NCBI GenBank assembly: GCA_016700015.1
Contig: CP064995.1
Span: 930,001-962,000 of the forward strand
Source: Candidatus Saccharimonadota bacterium
GTDB lineage: Bacteria; Patescibacteriota; Saccharimonadia; Saccharimonadales; Saccharimonadaceae
Length of the DNA stretch: 32,000 bases
Direction of reading: 5' to 3'
The notes beneath the pieces were generated by a model. The model was not told where the DNA came from and made no database searches. It worked only from the letters and a program-made list of their open reading frames with translations. Positions 31,981 through 32,000 of the stretch are shown in pieces; within the stretch, counting starts at the first letter, position 1; the number at the start of each line of letters is the position of its first letter. Both the position numbers and the translations under genes were made by a program.

Positions 31981-32000
31981 CGATGCTGCGCGAGCTAAAG

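Noticed and set aside
31983-32000. A possible start of another gene (ATGCTGCGCGAGCTAAAG) at the right edge.
   Set aside because: Only six codons are visible, so it cannot be supported.
1-32000. CRISPR arrays, rRNA genes, transposases or IS elements.
   Set aside because: I saw no regularly spaced short repeats, no rRNA-like conserved blocks, and no transposase or integrase-like ORFs on either strand.

Overview
The window is about 32 kb of compact bacterial chromosome, roughly 50 genes, using the standard code (TGA is a stop). The gene content suggests a small-genome, Saccharibacteria/CPR-like or Gram-positive-like organism, but this taxonomic guess is low confidence. Most of the window is ordinary: GuaB1-type IMPDH/GMPR, a trans-polyprenyl synthase, a GT4 glycosyltransferase, an RRM RNA-binding protein, an MFS transporter, a Fic protein, an AlkD-like repair protein, a lipid kinase, a CHASE histidine kinase followed by an ABC-2 exporter, tRNA-Gln(UUG), PRPP synthetase, and several DUF proteins. 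Six things stand out. (1) The first ~4.8 kb looks like a lower-GC accessory island. It holds a translationally coupled trio (nuclease-like C-terminus, Zn-ribbon-HAD, Rx4H/HEPN-like), a leaderless two-gene cassette (3-TM protein plus TIR-like DUF1863/ThsB-type protein) that is my best candidate for an undescribed defence pair, a convergent ZnF-HTH gene, a divergent CYTH-like protein, and a GNAT gene bracketed by ~116-bp direct repeats. (2) There is a clear heliorhodopsin with E107 and K241. (3) At least 16 genes share a TGnTAnnnT-N6/7-ATG architecture, which implies leaderless mRNAs. (4) Two perfect TGTGA-N6-TCACA (CRP-type) palindromes sit in promoter regions. (5) A leaderless 17-codon ORF with tandem CAA codons and a terminator/antiterminator-like set of segments lies upstream of tRNA-Gln(UUG). 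(6) An SDR gene is frameshifted. All family assignments come from motif recognition by eye; no searches were run.
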